Source: Bacilli bacterium
GTDB taxonomy: Bacteria; Bacillota_I; Bacilli_A; RF39; UBA660
NCBI GenBank assembly: GCA_017622175.1
Contig: JAGARQ010000029.1
Coordinates: forward strand, 30,002 to 94,001
Reading direction: 5' to 3'
Length of the DNA: 64,000 nt
Below the pieces are notes generated by a model. The model searched no databases. It had not been told where the DNA came from and saw only the letters and a list, made by a program, of their open reading frames with translations. A program made the position numbers and the translations under genes. This document shows, one piece after another, positions 44,260 through 52,810 of the stretch (the stretch's first letter is position 1; every line of letters starts with the position of its first letter).

Positions 44260-45813
44260 CTATCTAATTTTATAAACATATCGATTATTTCTTATTGTGT
44301 ATTCCAATTCAATAGAATTTGAATTTGCAACAGCTACTGGAATCTTAATAAATAAGTACTTTCCGTAGTATGTTTTATTGAATGGATTTTTGATTGTAAG
44401 TACAGTCTTCTTATTCTTATTATCTATATAATTTATTGTACCATATTTGATTGAAAAGTCAATCATATCTTTGCCCTCAAAATTGTTTGAAGAAAAAGGA
44501 ATTTTAAGGATTTTGAACCCCTCTCCAGCACTGTAATTTGCAGTCTTTGTAGAACAGTTTGAACTAGTACAAATTCTATATGAATAATTTACTGTATCTA
44601 GTAGTTCATAATCATCAAAAATTATTTCTTCTGTTTTTTCTTTTAATTTAAATTTTAATTCTTGGCCGATTGAAAGTTTTTTATGAGTAATAATTTCTGA
44701 TACATCTGTCATTTTTAATTTAATTTTTCTTAAATGTGGCTTATCACCATTAAATTCTTGATAATATAATACAAATCTATTTTTTGATAATTTCTTATCA
44801 ACTTTAAAAATCATTATTAAATTTTGTTCTGCATCTCTTTTTAAATCTAATACTTGGTATGCTTTACCAAAATCTTGAAATTCTGTTTCGTATGTTTTTG
44901 CTGTTGTTACATAGTCTTTAATTCCGTTCATTATGTGGAATTTTTGTAAGTCTACTTCTCTTTGTTGCATATTGTTTTTAATGTTTAAATTGACTATTAC
45001 AAAGGCACTTTTATCACTTATTTCTCTTCCTGCGTAGTCTTTGTCTGTATAATAACTTTTATTTATGGTTATTGTATAACCATTTGCATTTAATGATTGA
45101 CCTTGTTTGTATGATTTATTTGTTACAAATACAAATTTATATGTACCAAAAAGGAGTAACACAAATAAAACTGATGCTACTATGTTTATTATTAATTTAT
45201 GTTCTATATAAATATAGCTTATATTTCTAAAGAAACGCTTTGTACCTCTTTTTAAGCTATCTTTATCAAAATTAATATTAATTTCTAATTCTTCTCTATC
45301 TTCATTGCTTAGTTCAAGAAATTCTTCATCTGATTGGAAATTAAATTTCTTTAGGTCTACACCTACGGAACGTACTAAGAAAATTAACATTGATGGATAT
45401 TGAAGTACTCCAGCAATAAACAAGAAGTCTCGTACCGCTCTTATACCAGCAGAGTCAACTATCCCATTATATTGATCAAAGAAACTCTTTGCTGAAAAGA
45501 ATACTATTACCATAAAAATATATGTAAAGGCTGGAATTATATATAATTTCCATGGTTTCTTTTTATGATGTAATAATATAATTAAAACTATACTTCCTAT
45601 AAACAATAATAACATTGCTAGTATTGGCAAGAATGAAACATAATTAGTTATTGGTTCATTATACATATCATATGTTTCTAGGCGCATAAATTCATTTACA
45701 AATGATGTTATTTGTAAATGTTTGTAATATATAAAAGCACTTAAAAATAATAATATGATGTGTATTTTCTTAAAATGTTTTATTAAAAAGGCATACGGTT
45801 TTCTAATTATCAT
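44260..45813 (-). CDS. Polytopic membrane protein with extracellular beta-rich (DUF4352-like) domain; first gene of the cluster
   Basis: 517 aa. About 5 TM helices in the first 230 aa. AFVIVNLNIKNNMQQREVDLQKFHIMNG...NLIMIFKVDKK resembles the DUF4352 Ig-like fold pattern. RBS AAGGGAGTG. Confidence 0.45.
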   Translation of the reverse strand: MIIRKPYAFLIKHFKKIHIILLFLSAFIYYKHLQITSFVNEFMRLETYDMYNEPITNYVSFLPILAMLLLFIGSIVLIILLHHKKKPWKLYIIPAFTYIFMVIVFFSAKSFFDQYNGIVDSAGIRAVRDFLFIAGVLQYPSMLIFLVRSVGVDLKKFNFQSDEEFLELSNEDREELEININFDKDSLKRGTKRFFRNISYIYIEHKLIINIVASVLFVLLLFGTYKFVFVTNKSYKQGQSLNANGYTITINKSYYTDKDYAGREISDKSAFVIVNLNIKNNMQQREVDLQKFHIMNGIKDYVTTAKTYETEFQDFGKAYQVLDLKRDAEQNLIMIFKVDKKLSKNRFVLYYQEFNGDKPHLRKIKLKMTDVSEIITHKKLSIGQELKFKLKEKTEEIIFDDYELLDTVNYSYRICTSSNCSTKTANYSAGEGFKILKIPFSSNNFEGKDMIDFSIKYGTINYIDNKNKKTVLTIKNPFNKTYYGKYLFIKIPVAVANSNSIELEYTIRNNRYVYKIR

Positions 45814-45929
45814 TTGTATCTACACTCCCTTACCCTATTCTTTTTTAGTATATCGTATTTTTTATAAAAATAAAAGATGGTAATGTAGAAAAAAGTCCCT
45901 ATTTATATAAGGACTTTTTAATTTTAAAT

Positions 45930-45962
45930 AATAAAAAAAGATAATCATGCTTGATTATCTTT
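45930..45962 (-). terminator. Rho-independent terminator of greA (upstream boundary of the cluster)
   Basis: 11-bp stem AAAGATAATCA (45937-45947) / TGATTATCTTT (45952-45962), loop TGCT. Followed on the minus strand by T's. Begins 3 nt after the greA stop. A second weaker hairpin (AAAGTCC/GGACTTT) follows at about 45890-45920. Confidence 0.6.
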
Positions 45963-45964
45963 AT

Positions 45965-46435
45965 TTATTTAATTTCAATGATTTCAACATCATATGAACC
46001 ATTTGGACTTTCAACTGTTACAATGTCTCCAACCTTGTGGTCAAATAATGCTTTAGCGATTGGTGATTCATTAGAAATCTTACTTTCAAATGGATCTGCT
46101 TCTTGAGAACCAACGATTTTGTATTCGTCTTCTTCATCATCGTCAACATATTTGATAGCAACAGTATTTCCAATACCAACTGTATCATTTGATACATCTG
46201 TAATGATTGAAACATTTTCTAACATTTTTTCTAATTGTTGGATTCTTGCTTCTATTTGAGCTTGTTCATTACGAGCTGCATCATATTCTGCATTTTCAGA
46301 TAAGTCTCCTAAAGATCTTGCTTCTTTAATGGCAATAATGTTTTCTGGACGTCTTACATTTATTAAGTTGTCTAATTCTTTCTTTAAATCTTCCAACCCT
46401 TGTTGTGTTAAATACACAGTGTTTTTATTTCCCAT
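45965..46435 (-). CDS. greA: Transcription elongation factor GreA
   Basis: VYLTQQGLEDLKKEL...RPENIIAIKEARSLGDLSENAEYDAARNEQAQIEARIQQLE and C-terminal ISNESPIAKALFDHKVGD. Start moved to ATG at 46435 (MGNKNT), 5 nt after GAGGTGA. The track start is GTG. Confidence 0.92.
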   Translation of the reverse strand: MGNKNTVYLTQQGLEDLKKELDNLINVRRPENIIAIKEARSLGDLSENAEYDAARNEQAQIEARIQQLEKMLENVSIITDVSNDTVGIGNTVAIKYVDDDEEDEYKIVGSQEADPFESKISNESPIAKALFDHKVGDIVTVESPNGSYDVEIIEIK

Positions 46436-46503
46436 TTCTATCACCTCATTGTAAATGTTTATCTAAATTTTTAGATAGTTGAACTCTAGACTCAACTTGC
46501 GAT

Positions 46504-46532
46504 AGTATAACATATTTAAAAAATTATTTCAA
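46504..46532 (-). promoter_or_regulatory. Candidate sigma-A promoter of greA
   Basis: Minus strand reads TTGAAA (46532-46527), 17 nt, TATACT (46509-46504). The ~60-nt leader contains two small hairpins. Confidence 0.45.
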
Positions 46533-46545
46533 TATATTATTGTGA

Positions 46546-47229
46546 TTATTTTTTCGCAGTTGCTGGTCTTTTTGAATAAGTAAATTTATAAGTTTTTTCT
46601 GTATCAATATTTTCAATGATTTGTTCTAAGTCACTTTGTGAGAATTCGTCAATTTCAGTAATGCAGAATGGATCATTTCCTTCTTCTGTCATTTCGCTAA
46701 ACCATCTTCTCTTACGTGAAGATAATCCTACTAATGAATTTTCATATTGATTAAATGTAGCTAACTCTTTTCTATGATCATCACGATATTTAATTTTTCT
46801 TAATTCACTTACTTTTCCAGCATTTTTAACTAATGAACATACTGCTGGGATTGCTGTTGCTACTGTAAGAATTCCTGCTCCAATTGCAACTGTAAATGGA
46901 TTTGGTAATAATCCAGCTGCTACCGCTCCAATAACTGGACCACCAACGATTGATGCAGCTGTCATAATTCCAGCTTTTGTTTTTCTTTTTTCGAATACAC
47001 TAATATTTCCTACACCTGCTGCTGCTTGTTTTTCTTGTTGTTCAATAATTTTCTTTAAGTTTTCTTCACTATACTCTAAATTATTAAATACACGACCGTC
47101 TGCAAATACAACTCTTAATGTTTCTGTAGTTTCTCTACTATCATCTTCTGTTACAGTTGTTTCTGTTCCTGTTTTAACATCTAAAATATATTTTGGTTCG
47201 GCTTTACGATCTAATCTAAAATCTTTCAT
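46546..47229 (-). CDS. Hypothetical membrane protein with glycine-zipper TM segments
   Basis: 227 aa. Central AGIMTAASIVGGPVIGAVAAGLLPNPFTVAIGAGILTVATAIPAV. No family recognised. Confidence 0.4.
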   Translation of the reverse strand: MKDFRLDRKAEPKYILDVKTGTETTVTEDDSRETTETLRVVFADGRVFNNLEYSEENLKKIIEQQEKQAAAGVGNISVFEKRKTKAGIMTAASIVGGPVIGAVAAGLLPNPFTVAIGAGILTVATAIPAVCSLVKNAGKVSELRKIKYRDDHRKELATFNQYENSLVGLSSRKRRWFSEMTEEGNDPFCITEIDEFSQSDLEQIIENIDTEKTYKFTYSKRPATAKK

Positions 47230-47320
47230 TCTATCATCCCTTTATAAATAAATTTGCCTACTTCCCCTTTTATCAGAAAGCAGGCTAATTATATCATATT
47301 TCTTAAAAAAATGCAAGTGT

Positions 47321-48457
47321 TTACTGCATTTTATGGTTATGATTAATTAATTCAGATATAAATAAATCGTCAGTCATACCAGCAATAAAATCTATTACCA
47401 TTCTTTTTTTAGGTGTATTTTTAAGATAATTATCATTAATATGATTTAAAAAATATTCATAAATGATATTTGTTTTATCTTGTTTCTCTATCGCATTTAG
47501 ATAATCATTAAATAGTATATTCATTCCAGTTTTATAATATTCTTTTTCCTCTAATGTCATACTTTTGCTATATATATTCTTGGAATTAAACTTTTTTAAT
47601 GCAAATAAAGCATTATATATATTTTCACTCATTCCAATATATGGTTTACCAATACTTTCTTTTATAATATCTAAAATTATAGTATTTATTATTTCTTTAT
47701 TTGTAGTACCTAAAATGTCAGATATTTCCTTTGGAATTTCTTCTCTTTTTATTTTTCCTAGACTGATGGCATCTTCGATATCTCTTCCAATATAGCCAAT
47801 TATATCGCTGATTCTAACAACACAGCCTTCTAGTGTCATTGGACTGCACTTCTTTGTTGCGGCATAATCTTTATATGAATTTTCAAATTCTTTTAAAAAT
47901 TCTTCTTTGTCCTTTTTCATTGGTATATATTTATTAGATAGCATTTCTCCATTGTGACACATTATTCCATCTAGAACTTGAATTGATAGGTTTAATCCTT
48001 CACCCTTGTTTTCAACATACATACAGTGTCTAACACTTTGAATATTATGAGCAAATTTTTCACCTAGTTCTCTTTGTGATATTTCATCTAATATGTATTC
48101 TCCTTCATGTCCTAGTGGAGTATGTCCAATATCATGACCTAAGGCAATTGCTTCTATTAAATCTTCATTTAAATTTAATGCTCTACCAATTGTTCTTGCT
48201 ACTTTACTTACTAGTTGAACATGTATCATTCTTTTAGAAATGTGATCATTTTCCTTATAAGAGAATACCTGTGTCTTGTCCGCATATCTTGTGTAGCTTA
48301 GTGAATGAATAATTCTATCAATATCTCGAAAGTAATTTGGACGAAGATCTTCCTCTAAGGGTTTAAGACGTATTGCATCTTTACTTTTTGTTGCATATTC
48401 ACTTAAGTTTTCTTCTTTTGATAGAAAGTTTTGTTTAGCTTGTTCTAAATAATTCAT
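47321..48457 (-). CDS. HD-domain dGTPase-like phosphohydrolase
   Basis: 378 aa. RMIHVQLVSKVARTIG...ALGHDIGHTPLGHEGE and DDLFISEL at the C-terminus, typical of the dGTP triphosphohydrolase-like family. Confidence 0.75.
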   Translation of the reverse strand: MNYLEQAKQNFLSKEENLSEYATKSKDAIRLKPLEEDLRPNYFRDIDRIIHSLSYTRYADKTQVFSYKENDHISKRMIHVQLVSKVARTIGRALNLNEDLIEAIALGHDIGHTPLGHEGEYILDEISQRELGEKFAHNIQSVRHCMYVENKGEGLNLSIQVLDGIMCHNGEMLSNKYIPMKKDKEEFLKEFENSYKDYAATKKCSPMTLEGCVVRISDIIGYIGRDIEDAISLGKIKREEIPKEISDILGTTNKEIINTIILDIIKESIGKPYIGMSENIYNALFALKKFNSKNIYSKSMTLEEKEYYKTGMNILFNDYLNAIEKQDKTNIIYEYFLNHINDNYLKNTPKKRMVIDFIAGMTDDLFISELINHNHKMQ

Positions 48458-48466
48458 ATTATCACC

Positions 48467-48898
48467 TTATTTTTTTGTACCTTTATAAGTTCTAACTTTT
48501 TGTTTAACTGTTGGTTCTTTTTGTGATTGAACTGGAATTCTTGTTCTAATGTTTTCATAGATTTCTTTAAATCTTACGTTATCACATTCATAATCATCTA
48601 CATAATCTTCTATCATTGTTGGTGTTACTAAATGTTCTTTATTTAGTGAACTCTTGAATACAACTAAATGATAGCCAGTTTCTTCTGCAATTCTTGTATT
48701 ATGATAACTTTCATCAATGCGACCAAATTGATTTATTTTTGCTGAATCAGGCAATACATCAATTTCATGCTCTGTTAATAGTTCACAAACGTGTCCCAAT
48801 CTTTTTTCAACAATTATGTCTGAAATATAAATTGCTTGACCTCTAAAACCATCTTTATATCTTATTTCATATAAATCAGCATAATAATATTTTGGCAT
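48467..48898 (-). CDS. Hypothetical protein
   Basis: 143-aa ORF tightly packed between the U32 and HD genes. No motif recognised. Confidence 0.4.
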   Translation of the reverse strand: MPKYYYADLYEIRYKDGFRGQAIYISDIIVEKRLGHVCELLTEHEIDVLPDSAKINQFGRIDESYHNTRIAEETGYHLVVFKSSLNKEHLVTPTMIEDYVDDYECDNVRFKEIYENIRTRIPVQSQKEPTVKQKVRTYKGTKK

Positions 48899-48900
48899 TT

Positions 48901-50094
48901 TTACACATCTCTTTTCTTAATTAGTCTAATCATAGAATATTCTGGAATATTTATGTCTGTATCTAGATATATATAATAAATATTATCTGGATGTCTTGCT
49001 ACATCTATTGATTCTTTATTTTCATCAAATAATTTTTCTACATTAAAAGATATTACTTCTCCAGATGGTGTGAATAATTCTAATGAGTCACCTACTTCAA
49101 AATAATTTCTTTCATAGAATTTTATTAGTTTTGTTTCATTATCATACTCTATTACTTGACCTAAGTAATCTTGGTTAGATATTTCTTGTCTTCCTGTATA
49201 GTATTGATCTGTTTCATCTGCTTCTTTTGTGAAATAGTGAGTTGATACTTCTCTATTTGCTACTCTGCTTAAACGATATTCTAATAATTCTAGTTTTTCT
49301 TTTGTTAAAGCGTTTGAATAAATTGAATCTATTAACTCTCTATATGTACCTATTACTGTTGCTAGATAATATAGTGAACGCATACGGCCTTCTACTTTTA
49401 ATGATTTAACACCAATTTCAATTAAATCTTTTATATGATTGGCCATATTTAAGTCTTTTGTTGCCATTGTAAATTTCTTTTCTTCATCTGTTTCGAAAGC
49501 AAAACGACATACTTGAGAACATCCTCCACGATTAGCATCTCTGTTAGTTACATAATTCGATAATGCACATCTTCCAGAAAAACATGTACACATTGCACCA
49601 TGAATAAATACTTCAATATCTACTTTTGTTTTATCAATTATTTCTTTGATTTCATTTTTTGATAATTCTCTTGCAAGGACTACTCTATCTATTCCTTCTT
49701 CTTTAAAATATTCTACTGCAGAATAATTGCTTGTTGAGTTTTGGGTTGATAAGTGAACTTCAACATTTGGATAATTTGTTTTTATATGAGAAATAATAAA
49801 TGGATCACTTACTATAAAAGCGTCTATTCCTGCATCTACTACTTCTTTAATATATTCTTCTACCCCATCCATATCTTCATTATGGAAAACAATATTTAGG
49901 GTAAGATATACTTTTTTATTTAGTTTATGAGCAAAGTCACAGCCTTCTTTTATTTCTTCAATTGAGAAATTTGTGGCATTGGCACGTAAACTATATTTTT
50001 GTCCTCCAATGTATACAGCATCTGCTCCATATGAAAGAGTTACTTTTAGTCTTTCTAAATCACCTGCTGGTGATAATAATTCTACTCTATCCAT
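48901..50094 (-). CDS. Peptidase U32 family protein, YrrO/TrhP2-like
   Basis: 397 aa. ELLSPAGDLERLKVTLSYGADAVYIGG, EVHLSTQ, FIHGAMCTCFSGRCALS, ANRGGCSQVCR, EGRMRSLYY. Sits in the yrrM-yrrN-yrrO type arrangement. Confidence 0.8.
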   Translation of the reverse strand: MDRVELLSPAGDLERLKVTLSYGADAVYIGGQKYSLRANATNFSIEEIKEGCDFAHKLNKKVYLTLNIVFHNEDMDGVEEYIKEVVDAGIDAFIVSDPFIISHIKTNYPNVEVHLSTQNSTSNYSAVEYFKEEGIDRVVLARELSKNEIKEIIDKTKVDIEVFIHGAMCTCFSGRCALSNYVTNRDANRGGCSQVCRFAFETDEEKKFTMATKDLNMANHIKDLIEIGVKSLKVEGRMRSLYYLATVIGTYRELIDSIYSNALTKEKLELLEYRLSRVANREVSTHYFTKEADETDQYYTGRQEISNQDYLGQVIEYDNETKLIKFYERNYFEVGDSLELFTPSGEVISFNVEKLFDENKESIDVARHPDNIYYIYLDTDINIPEYSMIRLIKKRDV

Positions 50095-50950
50095 TTTTCT
50101 TCACCTGATATATGGTTTTCTTGAAGAAGAAGTTTGTATTTGTACCAAGTTTTTCATATTTAGTTACATAATTACTATCTGTACATGAATCATTAATGTA
50201 GTTTCTTGTATCAGTTAATATTTCTAAGAATAAATCTTCTTCTATGCCATACCCTCTCATAATAATATACTCTAAGCCATTATCATATAAATCCTTAATT
50301 ACACTAGTACCATTAATAATATCTTTTAAGAAGAAACTTGTACCATTTTTATCTTCGGCTAAGTGATAGGTTGATGATGTAACTTTTTCTAAGACATCCA
50401 AACTACTTTTTGATTCCTTATTTAAATCTTTATAATAATTTGTAATTAATTTTCTTTTGGAAAAAGCAACACTAGGTAATCCTAGAACTTCTACCATTGA
50501 TGTAATTGTAGATTTCTTTATTATTTCAATAATTTCTTCTAAAGTTATTTCTTTTCCAAGGAGAGCATATTTCACTCCTTTGGAATGGTAATAATTACAT
50601 GTTTTGTAATTATTAACCATATGTGTTTGACTCCATACTAAATCAGTATTTAGATTTAGTTCTTTTTTTAATTTTAAAAGTGCTAAATCATAGAAGAAAA
50701 TACCATTTAAATTTAATGTGTCTAGTTCTTTTAAAATATCTTTTAATGGTTCAATGTCATTATTTAGTAAATTTTTATTGATATTTACATATATTTCTAG
50801 TTGTGGATTATTTATTTTTAGTTGTTTTATTTCATCTAGTGAATAATATATTGGACTTTGTACTGAGTAATCTTTTAATGATACTATTAGTCCATTTACG
50901 ATATCTTTATATATATTATTTTTATTGCTTGGTTCTATTAAAAGTTTCAT
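50087..50950 (-). CDS. U32-family partner protein, YrrN/TrhP1-like
   Basis: 287 aa. Overlaps the downstream U32 gene by 8 nt. TIM-barrel-like periodicity without the Cys-rich motif. Assignment is mainly by synteny with B. subtilis yrrN-yrrO. Confidence 0.5.
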   Translation of the reverse strand: MKLLIEPSNKNNIYKDIVNGLIVSLKDYSVQSPIYYSLDEIKQLKINNPQLEIYVNINKNLLNNDIEPLKDILKELDTLNLNGIFFYDLALLKLKKELNLNTDLVWSQTHMVNNYKTCNYYHSKGVKYALLGKEITLEEIIEIIKKSTITSMVEVLGLPSVAFSKRKLITNYYKDLNKESKSSLDVLEKVTSSTYHLAEDKNGTSFFLKDIINGTSVIKDLYDNGLEYIIMRGYGIEEDLFLEILTDTRNYINDSCTDSNYVTKYEKLGTNTNFFFKKTIYQVKKNG

Positions 50951-51012
50951 AAGTCACCTCGTTCATATTATATAATAAAGTCTAAAAAAATAAAACACCC
51001 AACTGTGTTTGT

Positions 51013-51822
51013 TTAGGTGTTATTTACTTCACTTGAAAGTGGTTTGTTTTCTTCTTCTGTTACTGGTGATGATGCTATTTCAAATTCAAAACTTTTATCT
51101 GAAAAATATTCTTCTTCACCAAATATAGAGTGAGCTATAAATGTTTTAAAAGCAATTAGTTTTCCATCTCTTACATAATAAGATAAGTGGTCACTATATT
51201 TACTTACTCCACGCCATTTTAGGAAACAATTAAAGTTACATTCATTGGCAGAATAATATTTTTCTTTTAATATATCTGCATAATAATTTTGGAATTGTCT
51301 TTTTATTTTGTATTCTACATTTGACTTTGTTATTCCAAAGAATTGTAGTAATGCATCATCCGCTATAACTTCTTCTCTTTCTAGGTTGATATTATATGTT
51401 CTAAAGTATGGTTCAGGAGCATATGTTGTGTCATTATTGATAACTTTTATTACTAAAGAAAGAATTATCCCGTTAATATCATATTCATATGTTATTACAC
51501 TTTTTTCTTTCATGTATTTGTCACAGAATAATAATATATCTTTATTCACTTCTTTAAATACATCTGCTTTTAAATTAACATATGGAACTTCTTTTGTATA
51601 TTTTGTACTTGTATCTGAATATTTTGTATATACTAAATACATGCCTTTATCTTGTTTAATATTGTTATAATTTACGTTGGTTGTATTATGATAAAAAACT
51701 ACCATTAAGAAAGCAATTAATATTACTGTTCCAGCGATAAGGCTGGCTTTTTTTGTACTTTGACTAACTTTGGTTGGTCTTTTTACTTTTCTAACTCTTC
51801 TTATATTTCTATTACTAGCCAT
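51013..51822 (-). CDS. Membrane-anchored hypothetical protein
   Basis: 269 aa. Basic N-terminus, one TM (LIAGTVILIAFLMVVFY), extracellular domain of unknown family. Confidence 0.4.
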   Translation of the reverse strand: MASNRNIRRVRKVKRPTKVSQSTKKASLIAGTVILIAFLMVVFYHNTTNVNYNNIKQDKGMYLVYTKYSDTSTKYTKEVPYVNLKADVFKEVNKDILLFCDKYMKEKSVITYEYDINGIILSLVIKVINNDTTYAPEPYFRTYNINLEREEVIADDALLQFFGITKSNVEYKIKRQFQNYYADILKEKYYSANECNFNCFLKWRGVSKYSDHLSYYVRDGKLIAFKTFIAHSIFGEEEYFSDKSFEFEIASSPVTEEENKPLSSEVNNT

Positions 51823-51834
51823 ATTCCCCTCCTA

Positions 51835-52713
51835 TTAATTTACACCATTTATTCTCATAATTCCTAGGATAGCGTGACTGGAACAAGTTCTATAATCTGG
51901 ATCAAGAACTACTCCCCATTTTGAGCCTTTTGCATGAACAACTTCTGTTCCAATTCCTGTTAGAATTCCTACGTGTCCATCGTACATTACTAAGTCTCCT
52001 GCTCTAATATCTGCAGGACTTACTAATTGATAAGTAGATTTTGCAGCCCATTGTGTGGAAGTTGTTCTATTTAATTGAATTCCAAAATGTCTAAAGACAC
52101 CTTGTACAAAACCACTACAGTCTGTTGGAGTGTATGGTAATTCTCCATTCCAAGTACCACCATAAACATATCTTTGTCCAACAAATCGTTTGGCATAAGC
52201 TACTATTTCTGCACCCCTCATTGAAGATTGACCATTACCAGGCTGTGGTGTTGTTCCTGTTGGATTGGATGGTGTTCCTGGTTTATATAAACTTGGATCA
52301 ATAAGAATTGATTTTCTATCATCACCTTTATTTGGATCAATATATCTAGCTTTTCCAGCTTGGGATACTTCACTAGATATTTTTGCAAGTTCCCAACAAT
52401 CAGCTATTTTGAAAGTTGATGTTTGGCTTACCATTCCTAAAACAACATCTACAATAACTGGTATAAAGAAACATATTAGTGCGGCTATAGCACGATTTGT
52501 TATTTCTTTCATACCATTTTTTCTTTCTGGATCATTCATTAATTTTATTAGTTGTATTGTTACTCCAATGATTAATAAAATTGGAACTACTATTTGAAAA
52601 ATATTAAAAAACTTGCGAACTATATCTAATACTGTTGCTAAAGCAAAATCGGTACAACAAGTTCCTAATGTATCATTACATGTTAATATTTGAAAATATT
52701 GCATTGGTTTCAC
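51835..52713 (-). CDS. NlpC/P60 (C40) peptidoglycan endopeptidase fused to an N-terminal VirB2-like two-TM hairpin
   Basis: 292 aa. N-terminal FQIVVPILLIIGVTIQLIKLMNDPERKNGMKEITNRAIAALICFFIPVIVDVV parallels ORFs 32004-32324 and 30844-31911. C-terminal YVYGG...DCSGFVQGVFRHFG...GDLVMYDGHVGI...H is the C40 catalytic pattern. Confidence 0.7.
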   Translation of the reverse strand: MKPMQYFQILTCNDTLGTCCTDFALATVLDIVRKFFNIFQIVVPILLIIGVTIQLIKLMNDPERKNGMKEITNRAIAALICFFIPVIVDVVLGMVSQTSTFKIADCWELAKISSEVSQAGKARYIDPNKGDDRKSILIDPSLYKPGTPSNPTGTTPQPGNGQSSMRGAEIVAYAKRFVGQRYVYGGTWNGELPYTPTDCSGFVQGVFRHFGIQLNRTTSTQWAAKSTYQLVSPADIRAGDLVMYDGHVGILTGIGTEVVHAKGSKWGVVLDPDYRTCSSHAILGIMRINGVN

Positions 52714-52810
52714 TTCCTTGCTTCTTAAGATTATTTTATCAAATTTATATTTTTTTGGGAATTATTTTATATTAGACTTTACAGAATAAAAAAAGATGTA
52801 TAAACATCTT

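Larger units (their letters stand above)
19315..45813 (-). other. Tad/Flp pilus - type IV secretion hybrid gene cluster (22 co-directional ORFs, 26.5 kb)
   Basis: All ORFs are on the minus strand. Most gaps are under 60 nt and there are several 4-41 nt overlaps. The cluster is bracketed by the greA terminator (45930-45962) and the hairpin at 19285-19316. See the individual CDS calls. Confidence 0.8.

Noticed and set aside
19315-45813. Interpreting the cluster as a standard integrative conjugative element or a prophage
   Set aside because: No integrase, relaxase, excisionase, replication, capsid or terminase genes, no tRNA target and no obvious flanking repeats are present in the window. This remains an open alternative if such genes lie outside the 64 kb.
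46445-46503. Structured greA leader as a possible small RNA or riboswitch
   Set aside because: Only two short AT-rich hairpins are present (AGTTGA/TCAACT and ATCTAAA/TTTAGAT). No known motif is recognised and the region is too short to argue for a regulatory RNA by eye.
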